Shown in pieces: positions 39,401 through 49,373 of a stretch of 64,000 nucleotides of DNA. The position numbers and the translations under genes are program-made. The DNA comes from Candidatus Cloacimonadales bacterium. GTDB taxonomy: Bacteria > Cloacimonadota > Cloacimonadia > Cloacimonadales > JAIOQZ01. The stretch lies in the NCBI GenBank assembly GCA_963662655.2, contig CAXXTU010000002.1:2336001-2400000 (forward strand), in the 5' to 3' direction. Positions within the stretch are counted from its first letter, which is position 1. Every line of letters starts with the position of its first letter. The notes under the pieces are model-generated. The model did no database searches. It was not told the origin of the DNA and was given only the letters and a program-made list of their open reading frames with translations.

Positions 39401-39534
39401 ACAACGGGGATATCCACGTCCGGCATCATGTTCAATGAAAGATCTATGTAGGCCAGGCCGCCAAACACGAGGAACACGAGGATCAGCATCGTGACGAGAA
39501 CCGGCCGTTTGATTGAAAGGTCTGATAAAAACAT
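36463..39534 (-). CDS. RND efflux permease (AcrB/AcrD/AcrF family)
   Basis: SIKRPV, P.V.V...Y.GASP.EVE, VVLENI, GIVVNNAILL, PILMS, GMLP. Confidence 0.95.
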   Translation of the reverse strand: MFLSDLSIKRPVLVTMLILVFLVFGGLAYIDLSLNMMPDVDIPVVTVQLIYAGASPLEVESQIIKPVEDAVSTVSKIDYIESYSMESVGYVIVRFEMGKDVDIANQEVKDKIDAILNDFPDDAEKPVISKFDMGAFPIVELVLGGDKTPIELYEIADKQLKDRFSQIEGVASVNISGGQEREVRVEFNDRVVMENNISLSQMAQILAAQNLDMPGGHFLQKDQEYSIRLEGEFESVDQLNNMEVATSKGIKKLKQIASVVDTGAEIRERSVYFNNIEKVRDPNVVRLSILKSSDGNVVEVADEVIKALPEIEEALPEGLELNLVDDSSNFIRSSVEDTLSNIILGIIFTGIVLLIFLHDWRSTLIVALAMPTSIISTFMLMQAFDFTINIMTLMGLSVSVGVLVTNSVVVLENIFRHKRLGEKRMESAAIGTSEVAVAVIASTMTNVVVFLPIASMSSIVGQFFTEFALTVTFATIFSLLISFTMTPMLSSRFLPVQMKKGRLGAWIEKQFDAIDHWYGRLLTVLFRKKRYTAFLMLGTVALLVGSFMLAGKIGFEFMPLMDEGNIKLEAELPQGYNLSQTADVLEQIEKTITAHPEVKHVLTTIGKVSDTDVGTNLAYANIKLIDAELRTLTTAQVNDILIKDLSTIPNTRIKLQAVSSAGDQGGPPIEFYLKGQEIEELSHLNDQIIEKMKSVPGLVNFDSSLRSGKPEITIVPNRRKLMDAGASVYDIAMALRASVEGIVATEYKENSESYDLRICMTDESVDSPEKVKNIPVVTPTGTYRISQLADVDFSVGVNKVIHRDKYKTVKLTGSNANGVALGDVVSVINQGIAEIDLPSGYTINWGGDVEMMNDMIMDIGRAFLLAILLTYMLLAAILESFVQPLLILSTLPLALIGVFGALYMTGLTMNMFSMMAIVMLVGIVVNNAILLLEYTNQLRKEGKNPHDALIEACPTKLKPILMSSLAIMLGMLPMAMGIGSAGKEFRQAMGVVSIGGLIVSTFLTLIVIPSFYYLTTRRQKKNL

Positions 39535-39543
39535 GGCGACCCC

Positions 39544-40575
39544 TTAGTTAAGAACGTTCACTTTCTGGTTGTCCTGCAGCAGGTGCAGACTTTCGGTTAT
39601 CAGATGATCGCCGGGCTCGAGTCCCGAGACGATCTCTACATCGAGATTGTTGCCTTTTCCAACGGTCACGCGCGTTTTGTGCGCCTTGCCGCCGTTTTCG
39701 ACATACACGTAATTTCCTTGCGCATCGCTGAGAACGTTTTTCCGCGAAACAACGATCGTCTGAGGTTTTGAGTAGGTCTCGATCAAGACTTCCGCGGTAA
39801 CGCCGGTGTACTTGGCCTTGGAAGGATTATCGAACTCCATATCGACGGAAAACGCCTGGGTCGATGAATCCATCGCCAGCGATACGCGCGTAATCTTACC
39901 GTTCAGGGTCAGGTCTTCCCATACGGCCTGCACATTCATACCAGGCTGAAGCTGACGCATTTCGCTATCAGTGACCCATACTCTCGCTTTCATCTTGTTC
40001 ACGTTGGATATGGTGAAAAGGAGGTCTCCGGGGTCTACGTTGTCCGAGACCTTGATGTTGATCGCAGTGACGATACCGCTTATCGGAGCCTGTGCCATGA
40101 GCATTTTGCTCAGCGATTCCATCTGCGCGGAGTAGACCTTGTATTGGGTCTCGGCGTTATCCAGATCCTGCTGGGAAATCCCGCCAACCTCGAAAAGACG
40201 TTTCATGCGCTCGAACGTTGATTTCGCGTTCTCGAACATCGCTTTGACTTCGATGTACTGCGCTGCCGGGGTGTCTTCCGGGAAAGTAACCAGCACCTGA
40301 TCTTTCGTCACGTAATCGCCGATCTTGACTTTCACAGCCTCGACCTTTGCGGCAAAACTCGCGAATTCCGAAGTCTCTTCGATACCGTTCAGGGTCGCGT
40401 TATAGGTAAGTTGTTTCGAGAATGCTTTGTTCTCCAGCGTCTCAACTTTCACGGGCAAGCCGTTTTCGTTGTACAATTGTTCCATGTTTTTGGCCTGCGC
40501 TGCATCGTCTTTCGATGAACAGCCGGCAAGCAGCATCGCCACAGCGATGATCGCGATAAAAATAGTCCTGTACAT
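39544..40575 (-). CDS. RND periplasmic adaptor (MFP) lipoprotein
   Basis: LAGC lipobox; VKIGDYV.K.Q.L, APISG.V, VEI.SGL..GD. Confidence 0.92.
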   Translation of the reverse strand: MYRTIFIAIIAVAMLLAGCSSKDDAAQAKNMEQLYNENGLPVKVETLENKAFSKQLTYNATLNGIEETSEFASFAAKVEAVKVKIGDYVTKDQVLVTFPEDTPAAQYIEVKAMFENAKSTFERMKRLFEVGGISQQDLDNAETQYKVYSAQMESLSKMLMAQAPISGIVTAINIKVSDNVDPGDLLFTISNVNKMKARVWVTDSEMRQLQPGMNVQAVWEDLTLNGKITRVSLAMDSSTQAFSVDMEFDNPSKAKYTGVTAEVLIETYSKPQTIVVSRKNVLSDAQGNYVYVENGGKAHKTRVTVGKGNNLDVEIVSGLEPGDHLITESLHLLQDNQKVNVLN

Positions 40576-40597
40576 ATTTATCTCCTGCAAACTCATT

Positions 40598-42010
40598 TTA
40601 TAGGTCTCTGCCAACTGCCTTCTTGAAGGCTTCCCATGACATAATTACATCGTAAACGGCGTTCAGATAGGAAAGTCGCGTTGAGCGAAGCTGTAACTGC
40701 GCGTCAAACACCTCCAACTGCGTACCCACCTGGTTCTGATATCTCGATTCGGCGATCTGCTCTCCGCGCTCGGCCAGTTCGACATTCTTGCGCTGGCTTC
40801 CCAGTTTTTCCAGGTCGCGATCCAGCTCGTAATATGTATTGCGTATCTGCAATTCGATTTTCGAGGTGAGGTCTTCATGCTCGATCATCGATTTACGGTA
40901 GTTGTGGCGAGCTTTCTTGATCTTCGCCGTGTTGGAGAATCCCGTGAAGAGCGGCATACTGAATCCGATGCCGACCGACCACGAGTCGCCGTAATCGTCC
41001 GATTCGATCTTGTAATCCTCGCCGGAACCGAAATACTGATACTCCGCGCTGATACCGATGTTGGGCAGGAAATTGCCTTTCTCGGTTGTCAGAAGGGTCT
41101 TCTGAATCTCGACACCGATATTCGAGAGGTCCATTTCAATGCGGTTTTTCAGACCTTCGTCGATGGAAGTCTGAAGGTCGTTGCGGTTCACCTCCGGCTC
41201 GGCAATTTCATCATCCAGGGTGACGTCTTCCTTCATATCGAGCTCGGATTTCAGCGATTCCATAGCAAGCTTGTACCGATTCTCCGCTTCCACCACATCC
41301 GGCTCGAGGCGGGAGACTTCCAGGTCTGCGCGAAGCTTGTCGTATTCGGAAACCAGGCCGTTTTCGTACATGTTGTTCACCTGATCGCGGTGCATCTGCG
41401 CCAGTTCCAGCGCTTGTCGCTGGATTTCCAGGAGGTCCCGGGCGAGCACGGCTCCGTAATACGCTTGGGTGATATTGTAAATCAGGTCCTGCTTCGCGAG
41501 CGCATACTGCTTGTCCTGAATGGTCATCGCCTTGTTGGCGACCTTCAGTCCGTTGATGAGCTTTCCGCCCATGAAAACAACCTGCTCCACCTTCACGCCG
41601 GCGTAGATCGAGGCGGTTTTCTCCGTCTCATCCGGGCGCATGCCACCCACGACATTGTCGAGGTAACTCGCGATCGTCTCGTCGTTTTCGATAAGCATCT
41701 CGTCGTTGTTCGGCACAGCATGGCTGCTGAGCGAGTCGGTTCCGTTTATCGAACTGCTGGCTGTCTGCCCCGCCTTCGTGGCCGATTCCGGGTAGTTCAT
41801 CTGTTCGAGCTGATATCCACCGGAAAGAGTCACCTGCGGGAAGAACGATCCCAACACATTGTTGTATTCCTGATCAACCGCCGCCTTGCTTTCCCATTGT
41901 TGCTTCAGCGTGCGATTGTTTTTAAGTGCGATGTCAAGCGCTTCATCCAGTGTCAATGCCTGCACAAGCAGAGGTAACAGCAGTAGAAGTGCGCAAAGTA
42001 AACGCTTCAT
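40598..42010 (-). CDS. TolC-family outer membrane protein
   Basis: LTLDEAL..AL.NN, FPQVTL, PLFTG, RY..Q.GTQLEV.DAQ. Confidence 0.92.
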   Translation of the reverse strand: MKRLLCALLLLLPLLVQALTLDEALDIALKNNRTLKQQWESKAAVDQEYNNVLGSFFPQVTLSGGYQLEQMNYPESATKAGQTASSSINGTDSLSSHAVPNNDEMLIENDETIASYLDNVVGGMRPDETEKTASIYAGVKVEQVVFMGGKLINGLKVANKAMTIQDKQYALAKQDLIYNITQAYYGAVLARDLLEIQRQALELAQMHRDQVNNMYENGLVSEYDKLRADLEVSRLEPDVVEAENRYKLAMESLKSELDMKEDVTLDDEIAEPEVNRNDLQTSIDEGLKNRIEMDLSNIGVEIQKTLLTTEKGNFLPNIGISAEYQYFGSGEDYKIESDDYGDSWSVGIGFSMPLFTGFSNTAKIKKARHNYRKSMIEHEDLTSKIELQIRNTYYELDRDLEKLGSQRKNVELAERGEQIAESRYQNQVGTQLEVFDAQLQLRSTRLSYLNAVYDVIMSWEAFKKAVGRDL

Positions 42011-42615
42011 TTACACCCCCTCACGAGTATTCCATTCAGTATCAAGTCTGCCATGCATGTCATATCCTCCACGAAAGTAACATACATCGCTTTTGTTATC
42101 GTATAATGTAGATTATCGTCTCCGAGAAGGAACCATCTCTGGATGATGTCGCAAACCTTTTCGATATCAACATCTTTACGAATCTCTCCTGTGTCGAGTC
42201 CCTTTTGGAAGATTCCCATGATAATCGTTCGAGTCTCCTCGATATTCTTTTCCTTGAATTCCCGAACACGAGTCATGAATAAATTCGGCTCCTCGCTGAG
42301 AAGCCGCATATAGAGCTGACCCTTCTTGTTGATATACTCGAACGGCTTCACCATGATGGCCAGGATACGCTCCTTGGTGTTGATAGCCCTGTCCAGCTCC
42401 TTCCTGACCTGCTTGTTGATCCATTCCGATTGCTCTTTCACGATCTCGAGAAGGATGTCTTCTTTGGAATTGAAGTAGTAGTAGAACGTACCCTTACCCA
42501 ATCCTGCCTCTTTGGTAATATCGGAAATCGAGGTCTTTTGATAGCCGAAGTATTCGAAGAGCTTTTCCGCAGCCTGGATGAGCGCGTCTTTTTTCTCTTG
42601 AATCGCGTCGTTCAT
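42007..42615 (-). CDS. TetR/AcrR family regulator
   Basis: AA.KLF...GY..TSI.DI...AGLGKGTFYYYF.SKEDIL. Confidence 0.93.
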   Translation of the reverse strand: MNDAIQEKKDALIQAAEKLFEYFGYQKTSISDITKEAGLGKGTFYYYFNSKEDILLEIVKEQSEWINKQVRKELDRAINTKERILAIMVKPFEYINKKGQLYMRLLSEEPNLFMTRVREFKEKNIEETRTIIMGIFQKGLDTGEIRKDVDIEKVCDIIQRWFLLGDDNLHYTITKAMYVTFVEDMTCMADLILNGILVRGCK

Positions 42616-42673
42616 GTTCGCTCCTTATCCAATCATTTACTTTTCATATATCCATACATTATTCAATAATTCT

Positions 42674-42708
42674 TTTCGACCAAAATATTATTACGGTCGA
42701 AACGTCAA
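42674..42708 (-). promoter_or_regulatory. Putative TetR operator overlapping the promoter
   Basis: TTTCGACC-N13-GGTCGAAA (42674-42702) directly downstream of a minus-strand TTGACG (42703-42708). Confidence 0.6.
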
Positions 42709-43039
42709 GAAAAATTTTCATGCCGTATACTGCATGGGATGTATCTTGTTGTTTATGAGCAGAATAGGATGATATAAAATCTTATATAAGGGCTGATTTT
42801 ATGGGAAAAATAATGTTTGATTCCCGGAATATGTCGACCATTTCTCCGATTCTGAGTTCAAAAAGGAAAGGGGATCGTGTGAACGATCCCCCAAAATTTG
42901 AATATGCCGGCGGCTCAATGTGTAGTATAATCCAAGCGCATTATTTGCATGAAAACAGATGAAGCACAGTGTTTGAATCAGCAAATCAAAAGAATCAGAT
43001 TATGTTACCTGCCTCCTTACGTAACAAACCAGGCGAGCC

Positions 43040-43312
43040 TCACTCAGCGGTTTCAAATTCCTCGATTACTCTTCCTTCAATGAAGAGCTTTTTAGGACGT
43101 GCCGGCATTCCGGTTTTCTTGATCTTGTCGCTATCGCCCTCTTCGACATGGCGCCAGATTTCCCACTGTTCCCCATCGCCATCGATGCAGAAAGTAACGC
43201 CTTTCCGCGTAAAGTCATCGATGATGAATTGAATGGAATCGAGCGGCTCTGCTTTCGTTACCGGGATGCAGAAATTCTTTTTGTCATAACAAAACCTCGA
43301 ATTCTTTTTCAT
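43040..43312 (-). CDS. Small hypothetical protein (90 aa)
   Basis: GGAGG RBS; 12 nt after the upstream stop. Confidence 0.7.
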   Translation of the reverse strand: MKKNSRFCYDKKNFCIPVTKAEPLDSIQFIIDDFTRKGVTFCIDGDGEQWEIWRHVEEGDSDKIKKTGMPARPKKLFIEGRVIEEFETAE

Positions 43313-43324
43313 ATCACCTCCAGT

Positions 43325-43924
43325 TCATTCGTTAAATCGGAAAACCTGATAGCTACATACATCATCGACCCAGATCAGCCTGTCGGAGGTCGAGTTGATC
43401 GTTATAATAATTCTCGCAAATCGAGCGTAATTGTTGTAAACAGCCGAGCTGAACTCGACCTTCTGCCACTGATTGTCGATCGTGACATCGTGAATGTCCT
43501 GCTCCAGCTTCTTTCCATTTTCGTCAAAAACGATGAAGAAACACTCGATTCTATCGTCCGTGTCTCTGCTGGCACGCATTTGAAGCTTGTTGTAGTATGC
43601 GGTGAAGGGTTCGATTGGGAACGATTCGGAAATCAGGCTGACGGTATTCTTCTCTCCCTTGATTTTAATGCAGCGGGAGCCCTCAGCAGCGCCGGTGTCC
43701 ATCCAGTTGACTTCGGAGAGGCTCTGGTCACTACGCATAACCATCCAGTCGGCCGGTAAGGAATTGGGGTTATAAACGCCATAGACTCCGTTTTCGAAGC
43801 CGCCGTTGATCACGACGTTCTCTTTGCCTTCTGCGTCGGCTTCCGTAAAATTGAGCGTCGAGCCAAAGAAACATCCCGCCAGTAGCGAAACGGCACATAG
43901 TAGAACGATCAGGTTCTTCTTCAT
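43325..43924 (-). CDS. Lipoprotein with carbohydrate-binding (CBM4/9-like) domain
   Basis: LAGC lipobox; N.VINGGFE, P..W, EG, WQKVEF, WVDDV. Confidence 0.75.
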   Translation of the reverse strand: MKKNLIVLLCAVSLLAGCFFGSTLNFTEADAEGKENVVINGGFENGVYGVYNPNSLPADWMVMRSDQSLSEVNWMDTGAAEGSRCIKIKGEKNTVSLISESFPIEPFTAYYNKLQMRASRDTDDRIECFFIVFDENGKKLEQDIHDVTIDNQWQKVEFSSAVYNNYARFARIIITINSTSDRLIWVDDVCSYQVFRFNE

Positions 43925-43936
43925 CTACTCCCTCTT

Positions 43937-45142
43937 TTAAACCGTAAATACTCTTTCACCTGAAAACTTCAGAAAAAGCCCTATTCCCACTGAATTCACC
44001 AGCAGGCTGGACCCCCCGTAACTGATAAACGGTAATGGGATCCCCGTCGTGGGAAACAATCCCATATTCATACCTATATTGATAAAAATCTGGAAAAACA
44101 AATACGCCATGATGCCATAGCACGCGATCCGGTACTGCTTTCGCTTGATTCTTCCGGCCAGCGCCGCCATCCTGACCAGCAGCCAGACAAACAGCAGGAT
44201 CAGGATCATCGATCCGGCAAAGCCAAACTCCTCGCCAAGGACGGAGAACACGAAGTCCGTGTGTTTCTCGGGAAGGAATTCGAGGCTCTTCTGGGTGCCC
44301 ATCAGAAATCCCTTTCCGGTTATTCCGCCAGAGCCGATGGCGATCTTCGCCTGGATGATCTGATATCCGGCTCCGAGGGGATCGCGCGATGGATCGAGGA
44401 ACGTGAGAATCCGGGCTTGCTGATAGGCTTTGAGCCCGTTCCAGATCAATGGCATGATCATGTAAATGAAAACGTTCAACGCAATCACGATTCCCGTGTA
44501 AGGGATCGAGAACCTCTGCCGGTATAACACGAATAGAAGAATGAGAAGGAACACGATAAACAAGACGACGTTGATTCGGGTTATCAGCGTTATAACCGGG
44601 CTCACCATCAAAAGGAGATAAACCGGCGGAATACCGGCTGTATACAATACGATGAGCAGCGAGAACCAAAAAACCAGCGATGTTCCCAGATCTGGTTCGA
44701 GAAGCACGAGTATGGCTGGAATTCCAAAACCGGTCAATGATCTGAGAAACGTCTTCCATTCACTCATCCAGGGCTTGGCCAGGTGACGGGCCACAAAGAG
44801 CACCGTCGCCAGCTTGGCGATCTCGGAAGCCTGTATCTTGAAAAAACCAAATGAAATCCACCGATGAGAACCTGCTGTTGCAGGGAGGAACAAAACCACC
44901 GCAAGCATCAGGAGCGAAACGGCGTAAACCGGATCGATCAGCAAATCGATAATCTGGCTGGGGACTCTCAGAATGACGAAAACCGCCAGTATGGAAACCG
45001 CAATCCAGATGATCTGACGAATATAGAAATTCTGCACATGAACTTCATCCCCAATGCGTGTGGAAGCGGCAGAATAAATCATAAAAACGCCGACGATCAT
45101 CAAGATCAGCCAGATAGCCAGAAGCTGATAGTCCAATTTCAT
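43937..45142 (-). CDS. rodA: Rod shape-determining SEDS protein RodA
   Basis: GS.RWI, Q.SE.AK, EPDLGT, GYQ..Q..IAIGSGG..GKG, LPE.HTDF.F, P.TG.PLPF.SYGGSS. Confidence 0.95.
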   Translation of the reverse strand: MKLDYQLLAIWLILMIVGVFMIYSAASTRIGDEVHVQNFYIRQIIWIAVSILAVFVILRVPSQIIDLLIDPVYAVSLLMLAVVLFLPATAGSHRWISFGFFKIQASEIAKLATVLFVARHLAKPWMSEWKTFLRSLTGFGIPAILVLLEPDLGTSLVFWFSLLIVLYTAGIPPVYLLLMVSPVITLITRINVVLFIVFLLILLFVLYRQRFSIPYTGIVIALNVFIYMIMPLIWNGLKAYQQARILTFLDPSRDPLGAGYQIIQAKIAIGSGGITGKGFLMGTQKSLEFLPEKHTDFVFSVLGEEFGFAGSMILILLFVWLLVRMAALAGRIKRKQYRIACYGIMAYLFFQIFINIGMNMGLFPTTGIPLPFISYGGSSLLVNSVGIGLFLKFSGERVFTV

Positions 45143-45273
45143 GCTTTCTTCATTATCTCCTTCCTGAAAAAAAGTTGTCAAGTGTAAGTTCTGATATTTT
45201 CACCTTCAAACTTTATTCTCCGCACTTTCAACCAGGCAATCATGCCTTGTTTCCATAGGTTATCTCTAACAAA

Positions 45274-47049
45274 TCACTCCGATCTGTTATGATACTTTTC
45301 GTGGTAATATTCAATGATCTTCCCCGCGATGGGCGCGGCGACACTCCCCCCGTGCCCCGCATTTTCCAGAAACACCACAATTGCGATTTCCGGTTCGTCC
45401 CACTCGGCCCAGCCTGCGAACCATGCGTGGGTCATTTTCCCCAGATGATTCTCCGCGGATCCGGTTTTCCCATATACTTTCGCCACGGGATGGCTCGCGG
45501 TCTTACCCGTTCCCGTGGGGTGATTCACCACCTTGTACAACGCCGAACGGATAATCGACTTGGTGTCCTCGGACATCGGCAGGGACTTCTCAGCCGGCTT
45601 CACCCTGTAGCGTTCCGCGTCTTCGCCGATGAAGCGCTTCAGCAGGTGCGGTTGCCTCCATATACCGTCATTGGCAAGGGCTGCGTAGTAACAGCACGTC
45701 TGAAGCGGCGAACACAGGATTTCCCCCTGCCCGATGCTCAGATTCACCTTCATACCCTTTATGCTGACGTATTTTCCGTAATTGCTGACGTACCACTCTT
45801 CCGAAGGGAAAAACCCATCCCGCTCCTGCCCGATATCGATACCCGTGCGCGATACCAGATGATTATCGATGGTGTATTGCCGGAGATCGTCAAGGTCGAG
45901 GCGATCGGACAGGTCATAGAAATAGACGTCGCAGGACTGCGCAATCGCATCGACGACGTTCAGCCGGCCGTGCCCCCATTCGTTCCAGCAGCGAAAATAG
46001 CGCCTTCCCACCCAGTAGCCTCCATCGCAGAAAGCGAGCTTCTCGTCCGGTTGCACCACTTCCCGGTCCAGCGCAAGAGACGCCACCAGCGGTTTGTAAA
46101 CCGAGCCCGGGGGGTACGTTCCGTGAATGATGCGATCCATCAGCGGTCGGCCCGGGTCGTTGATCAGGGCGTTCCATTCGTCCGCGCTGATCCTCTTCAT
46201 GAAGATGTTGGGATCGTACTCGGGGTAGCTGATGTATGACAGGACGTCGCCATTGCGGACATCCATCACGACGACCGCGGCCCGGGAATCCTGCGGAAGC
46301 GCGTCGTTGATCGCTTTTTGCAGCTCCGTATCGATCGTCAGGATCATCTGCAAGCCGGGGAGAGGGTCCCGCTCGAGGTTATGCGTGAGGAAATTCAGGT
46401 TCCTTCCCCTGGCATCGACCTGGAGCACGCGGTATCCCGGGTAACCGCGCAGCACGGGCTCGTATTGCTTCTCGATACCGTTCTTCCCGATGTAATCATC
46501 CATGTAGTAGTCTTGATCTTTCAGGTTCTGATACTCTTTATCGCCAATCTTCCCCATGTAACCGGAGAAATGGTTGTCGAGCATGTATTTTCTCGAGTTC
46601 TCCGTCCTGAAGAGGAGAGAGGGGTAGTAGTTCAGAAACTCGGATGCGCAGATGAAATCGTCGTACTCGATGTTCTTCACCAGCGGGATTTCGTGATAGG
46701 TGCGGAAGCGGTTGTTATAAATGATATCGAGCACATTTGCACGCGAGATATCGAAGCGGCTGGAGACGAAATCCGCCAGCAGCTCCTTGTTCTTGATCTT
46801 GCCCGGAATGAACATCAGATTGATGGATGGCTCGTTCAGAACCAGGGGGCGGTAATCGCGATCGAAGATTTCACCCCGTGTCGGAGGCGTTCGTATCAGG
46901 CGGACATAGTTGTTTTCCGCGATCTGCGCGAACACTTCGCCCTGAAAAATCTGGTACCGGGCAAGGTTGAGCAGCAGAACGAAGAACGCCAGCAGGATGC
47001 TCAGCTGGAAGACGCGAGTCGTAACCTTGTCACTCTTCGTCTCGGACAT
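45274..47049 (-). CDS. mrdA: Penicillin-binding protein 2
   Basis: RGEIFDR, GK.GIE..YE, YPPGSVYK (SxxK), SCD, IGQG, KTG, HAWF. Confidence 0.95.
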   Translation of the reverse strand: MSETKSDKVTTRVFQLSILLAFFVLLLNLARYQIFQGEVFAQIAENNYVRLIRTPPTRGEIFDRDYRPLVLNEPSINLMFIPGKIKNKELLADFVSSRFDISRANVLDIIYNNRFRTYHEIPLVKNIEYDDFICASEFLNYYPSLLFRTENSRKYMLDNHFSGYMGKIGDKEYQNLKDQDYYMDDYIGKNGIEKQYEPVLRGYPGYRVLQVDARGRNLNFLTHNLERDPLPGLQMILTIDTELQKAINDALPQDSRAAVVVMDVRNGDVLSYISYPEYDPNIFMKRISADEWNALINDPGRPLMDRIIHGTYPPGSVYKPLVASLALDREVVQPDEKLAFCDGGYWVGRRYFRCWNEWGHGRLNVVDAIAQSCDVYFYDLSDRLDLDDLRQYTIDNHLVSRTGIDIGQERDGFFPSEEWYVSNYGKYVSIKGMKVNLSIGQGEILCSPLQTCCYYAALANDGIWRQPHLLKRFIGEDAERYRVKPAEKSLPMSEDTKSIIRSALYKVVNHPTGTGKTASHPVAKVYGKTGSAENHLGKMTHAWFAGWAEWDEPEIAIVVFLENAGHGGSVAAPIAGKIIEYYHEKYHNRSE

Positions 47050-47524
47050 AGAAACCCAGCCGGCTGAAAAATGCAAGAACCGAAACAATCACGAACGATA
47101 TGACGGAGTTGTAAATCAGGCTCAACGGAAACTTGAGCACGAGGAAACCAAAATCATGATACGCCACCAACTGATACAGCGAGAACAGAACGAAGAAGAC
47201 CAGGTTCATCAGAAGCACACCCAGCGCTACATAGGCCGGCTTCTCCTTGTTCAGGAGCGGATGGTAAACATTGACGAGTGCGGCGATGAGCACCAGCGCC
47301 ATGCTTCCAAGGCCCAAATGATAGGGATAGGTCAGATCGAAGGCGAGCCCGAACAGAAACGCGATAACAACGGAAGCGTTGAGCGATATGCGCGTGGACA
47401 TGAAGATAATGTAGCCCAGGAGGAGGTTCGGAACGACTCCCGCGATGGACAGGGAATCTCCCATCAGCATTTGCGCATACAGAAACACGATTCCGAGAAA
47501 GTAGTATCCCACCGCTTTCATCAT
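47030..47524 (-). CDS. mreD: Rod shape-determining protein MreD
   Basis: Small hydrophobic protein with P.L.L and F.FGL..D; lies between mreC and mrdA. Confidence 0.85.
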   Translation of the reverse strand: MMKAVGYYFLGIVFLYAQMLMGDSLSIAGVVPNLLLGYIIFMSTRISLNASVVIAFLFGLAFDLTYPYHLGLGSMALVLIAALVNVYHPLLNKEKPAYVALGVLLMNLVFFVLFSLYQLVAYHDFGFLVLKFPLSLIYNSVISFVIVSVLAFFSRLGFYVRDEE

Positions 47525-48312
47525 TGCCCCCGGCTCTCGTCCTCGATCAGGTCGTCGAAGTCGCTATCGCGTTTGTACAGCAGGACAATCACCTGCTCCA
47601 TGCTGGAGATATTCACGAAGGTCGACAATTCGGCTTTCTGATAACCCTCGCCGGGGATTTTCACGACCTTGCTGACGAAGCCCACGGGAAACCCGCGCGG
47701 GAAAATTCGGGAAAGATTCGACGTGATGATCGTATCGCCTACCGCGATAGCCGCGTCGGATGGAATCATCGACATGAACACCTTGCCCGATGCGCTCGAC
47801 TCGAGAAGGCCCTGCACACGCGTCTTGCGATCCAGAACGCCAAGCTTGAACTCGGGGTGCTGCACGGGAAGAATCACGCTGTGGTTCGCGGCGGTCAGGA
47901 TGATCTTTCCCACAACGCCGTTGCTGCATATCACCGGGTTATTGACTTCGATACCGGACAGATACCCCTGATCGATAATGATATTCCGGTTGCCGAACTC
48001 GCCGTGGAAGCCGACCAGGTTTGCCACCACGTAATTGATATCCGTTGCGGCATCCGGGATTTCCTGAAGCGTGAGGAGCTGCTCTTCAAGCGATCGGAGG
48101 CGAAGCTGTAGTTGCGCATTGTGTTGAAAAAGGGACAAATTCTGCTTCTTGAGCATGGATATGCCATCTAATATTTTAATGGATTGGATGAAAGGATAAT
48201 AGACTGTTTTTCCGATGGAATCCGCTCTGTGAATCCTCGCCTGGCGATCTCCAAGAAAGAGTGCGATCGAAACCACCAGCAAGACAACCGTGAGAGCGTA
48301 TTTTCTGATCAA
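47521..48312 (-). CDS. mreC: Rod shape-determining protein MreC
   Basis: N-terminal TM, coiled coil, IDQG...GI...PV....GVVGK, GD.I.TS.....FP.G.PVG.V. Confidence 0.92.
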   Translation of the reverse strand: MIRKYALTVVLLVVSIALFLGDRQARIHRADSIGKTVYYPFIQSIKILDGISMLKKQNLSLFQHNAQLQLRLRSLEEQLLTLQEIPDAATDINYVVANLVGFHGEFGNRNIIIDQGYLSGIEVNNPVICSNGVVGKIILTAANHSVILPVQHPEFKLGVLDRKTRVQGLLESSASGKVFMSMIPSDAAIAVGDTIITSNLSRIFPRGFPVGFVSKVVKIPGEGYQKAELSTFVNISSMEQVIVLLYKRDSDFDDLIEDESRGQ

Positions 48313-48335
48313 TTTGTCACCTTGCCCGGCGAAGG

Positions 48336-49373
48336 TCAGTCATCGATTTTCTTGATGAGAACCTCGCGGAATTTTTCGAGATTGTCCAGAATGTTACCGC
48401 TGCCCTTTACGACGCATGTAAGCGCTTCGGGGAACACGTGAACCGGAAGATTCACCGTATCGCTGATGCGTTTGTCGAGACCCTTCAGCCTCGCTCCGCC
48501 GCCGGTCAGGACGATGCCGCGCTCGGCGATGTCCGCAGCTAGTTCCGGAGCGGTTTTCTCGAAGAGACGCTTGACGGCGTCGATCATCGAATCGACCGTC
48601 TCGGCGATCGCGTCGCGGATTTCTTCCGATGTAACCTCCACGGTGATGGGGTATCCCGTGATGATGTCCCGACCGCGGACTTCCATCTTCAATTCGTCCT
48701 CGAGCGGTACAGCCGAACCGATTTCCATCTTGATGCGCTCAGCTGTTTGGATACCGACGAAAATGTTGTTCTTCTTGCGAAGGTAATTTACGATGTCCAT
48801 GTCCATCTTGTCGCCACCAAGACGAATCGAGCTGTGCACGACGATATGGGAAAGCGAGATCACGGCGATTTCCGTGGTTCCACCGCCGATATCCATCACC
48901 AGATTACCGAACGGGCGATGGATGGGGAGGTCAGCGCCGATCGCTGCCGCGATGGGTTCCGATACCAGATGAACCTCACGGGCTCCGGCATGGAGGGCGC
49001 TATCGCGCACGGCACGTTTTTCCACTTCTGTAATACCGGAAGGCACGCAGACAATCACGCGCGGTTTGATCAGGAGGCGCTTGCGCTGCGCGCGGAGAAT
49101 CAAATCCCGAAGCATGATCTCCGTGATATGGAAATCGGCAATCACGCCATCTTTGAGCGGCTTGATCACCTTGACTTCATCGGGATTTTTTCCCAGCATT
49201 TCTTTCGCTTTCGCGCCAACTTCGAGCACCTTTTTCGTGTCGGTGGAAAGGGCGACAACGGATGGTTCGTTGATGACGATACCAGCGCCTTTACGGTACA
49301 CAAGTGTATTCGCCGTACCGAGATCGATCGCTATATCATTGGACAGAAGCCCAAAAAACTGATTCCAGAACAT
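48336..49373 (-). CDS. mreB: Rod shape-determining actin MreB
   Basis: IDLGTANT, EPSVVA, PLKDGVIADF, TEVE.RA, DIGGGTTE, LTGGG. Confidence 0.97.
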   Translation of the reverse strand: MFWNQFFGLLSNDIAIDLGTANTLVYRKGAGIVINEPSVVALSTDTKKVLEVGAKAKEMLGKNPDEVKVIKPLKDGVIADFHITEIMLRDLILRAQRKRLLIKPRVIVCVPSGITEVEKRAVRDSALHAGAREVHLVSEPIAAAIGADLPIHRPFGNLVMDIGGGTTEIAVISLSHIVVHSSIRLGGDKMDMDIVNYLRKKNNIFVGIQTAERIKMEIGSAVPLEDELKMEVRGRDIITGYPITVEVTSEEIRDAIAETVDSMIDAVKRLFEKTAPELAADIAERGIVLTGGGARLKGLDKRISDTVNLPVHVFPEALTCVVKGSGNILDNLEKFREVLIKKIDD

